NCBI GenBank assembly: GCA_021789215.1
Contig: JAJYJS010000002.1
Coordinates: 142,605 to 206,604 of the forward strand
Direction of reading: 5' to 3'
From: Nitrospirota bacterium
GTDB lineage: Bacteria > Nitrospirota > Thermodesulfovibrionia > Thermodesulfovibrionales > JdFR-88
Length of the DNA: 64,000 bases
Shown here: piece by piece, positions 63,238-64,000 of the stretch
Position numbering within the stretch: the first letter of the stretch is position 1
Layout of the letters: each line of letters begins with the position of its first letter
Position numbers and translations under genes: made by a program
The notes under the pieces: generated by a model
The model's input: the letters and a program-made list of their open reading frames with translations, nothing else
Database searches by the model: none
What the model was told of the DNA's origin: nothing

Positions 63238-63516
63238 TCAGCTCAGGTGGCGGTTTGCCAGTTTTGTCATCTCGAACATGGAAACCTGCTTTTTCCCGCC
63301 GAACACCGGAAGCAGGTTGGCATCGGCATTTATGTTCCTTTTATTGGCCTCATCCTGGAGCTTGTTTTTCTTGATATAGTCCCAGAGTTTTTTGACCACC
63401 TCCGTCCTGGGCAGCGGCTTGTCCCCGACTATCCTGGCCAGCTCCGGGCTGGGCTTCATTTCCTTCATCAAGGCGCTCCCGGCACGTTTGCCTTCCGTCT
63501 TTTTCTTTTTTTCCAT
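63238..63516 (-). CDS. SWIB/MDM2-domain protein
   Basis: 92 aa. A Lys-rich N-terminus is followed by PSPELARIVGDKPLPRTEVVKKLWDYIKKNKLQD...NINADANLLPVFG...VSMFEMTKLANRHL, the SWIB fold pattern. Confidence 0.85.
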   Translation of the reverse strand: MEKKKKTEGKRAGSALMKEMKPSPELARIVGDKPLPRTEVVKKLWDYIKKNKLQDEANKRNINADANLLPVFGGKKQVSMFEMTKLANRHLS

Positions 63517-63748
63517 TGCTTTTTCCCCTTCTCCTGTTTAAGCTGGATTTAATTCAATAATATATGATAACCAAAAAGGCTCCAACCCGCCACCCGATTA
63601 TTGATCCCGGCATAATTAACGTCCTGAATTCCCTCACCTTCCGTTTTGCTCCTCCCTCTCCCGCTATCATACAAGGGTTGGGGTGAGCGGCAGTGATCGG
63701 AGGCCCTCCCGATTTGCCAACATCATACCCTTGTGTTAATTTAATCTC

Positions 63749-64000
63749 ATGCAAAGAAAGGCAAAAATAATCTGCACCATAGGCCCCGCCACAGCCGATA
63801 AAAAAATGATAAGCGGGCTTATATCGAGGGGCATGAACGTGGCGCGCCTGAATTTCTCGCATGGCACCCACGCCTTCCATGAGGGCGCGCTCAAGACGAT
63901 ACGGGAAGAGGCCGCGAGGCTCAAAAAAACGGTTGCCGTAATGCTGGACCTGCAGGGGATAAAAATCCGGGTGGGCACGCTGAAGGGCTCGGAGGTGGAG
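63749..64000 (+). CDS. pyk: Pyruvate kinase, N-terminal part (runs off the window end; absent from the ORF track)
   Basis: My own translation gives MQRKAKIICTIGPATADKKMISGLISRGMNVARLNFSHGTHAFHEGALKTIREEAARLKKTVAVMLDLQGIKIRVG. Confidence 0.9.
   Translation, partial: MQRKAKIICTIGPATADKKMISGLISRGMNVARLNFSHGTHAFHEGALKTIREEAARLKKTVAVMLDLQGIKIRVGTLKGSEVE

Noticed and set aside
63554-63978. Minus-strand ORFs 63554-63880 and 63736-63978.
   Set aside because: They overlap the clear plus-strand pyruvate kinase N-terminus (KIICTIGPA...GMNVARLNFSHG) and the repeat-containing intergenic region. They show no motifs.
1-64000. A search for a phage-defence island, prophage, toxin-antitoxin pair, secretion system or biosynthetic gene cluster.
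   Set aside because: I saw no nuclease/ATPase/methylase defence combinations, integrases, transposases, phage structural genes, PKS/NRPS domains or small adjacent TA-like ORF pairs. The window is core metabolism, envelope and signalling genes.

Overview
This is a 64-kb chromosomal window from a diderm (Gram-negative type) bacterium of uncertain lineage. It is almost entirely densely packed core genes. I saw no integrase, transposase, CRISPR array, rRNA or tRNA.

Gene content in order:
- A respiratory complex I operon, nuoD (partial) through nuoM. It ends at nuoM with no nuoN.
- An FAD protein and a di-haem cytochrome c peroxidase.
- A lipid A operon on the minus strand (oxidoreductase, aminotransferase, lpxB, waaA, lpxK, yjbQ).
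- nrdJ-pdxJ-acpS-nth.
- A GH15 glycosidase, a divergent CorA-like membrane protein, a 65-aa ferritin-like mini-protein, and two transporters.
- A receiver / PAP2-ArnT fusion / GT2 / flippase-like envelope cluster.
- Cysteine synthase, then mnmA-MOSC-mog-ccdA.
- The rpsP-KH-trmD-rplS-rnhB operon, with no rimM.
- A minus-strand block: dcd-pyrF-(TrpE/PabB), two solute-binding proteins and a histidine kinase.
- rny and a ymdB-like gene behind a long structured leader.
- A methyltransferase, SemiSWEET, surE-pcm, purM, YihY, AsmA and a DUF362-ferredoxin protein.
- A PAS kinase, a receiver and a REC-PAS-GGDEF-EAL module.
- A SWIB-domain protein and the start of pyk.

Most noteworthy leads:
1. A predicted GnnA/GnnB pair is coupled to lpxB-waaA-lpxK. 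Together with the PAP2-ArnT-like fusion cluster, this suggests a diamino-sugar lipid A whose phosphates are replaced by sugars.
2. A histidine kinase carries a CXXCH haem-c motif in its periplasmic domain. It is translationally coupled to two orphan solute-binding proteins.
3. A roughly 400-nt leader upstream of rny has mutually exclusive terminator and antiterminator pairings. I could not assign it to any known RNA family.
4. A CorA-like protein has GLN in place of the GMN signature.
5. Several families of small palindromic (MITE/REP-like) repeats sit in intergenic gaps.

All family assignments come from motif recognition by eye; no searches were run.
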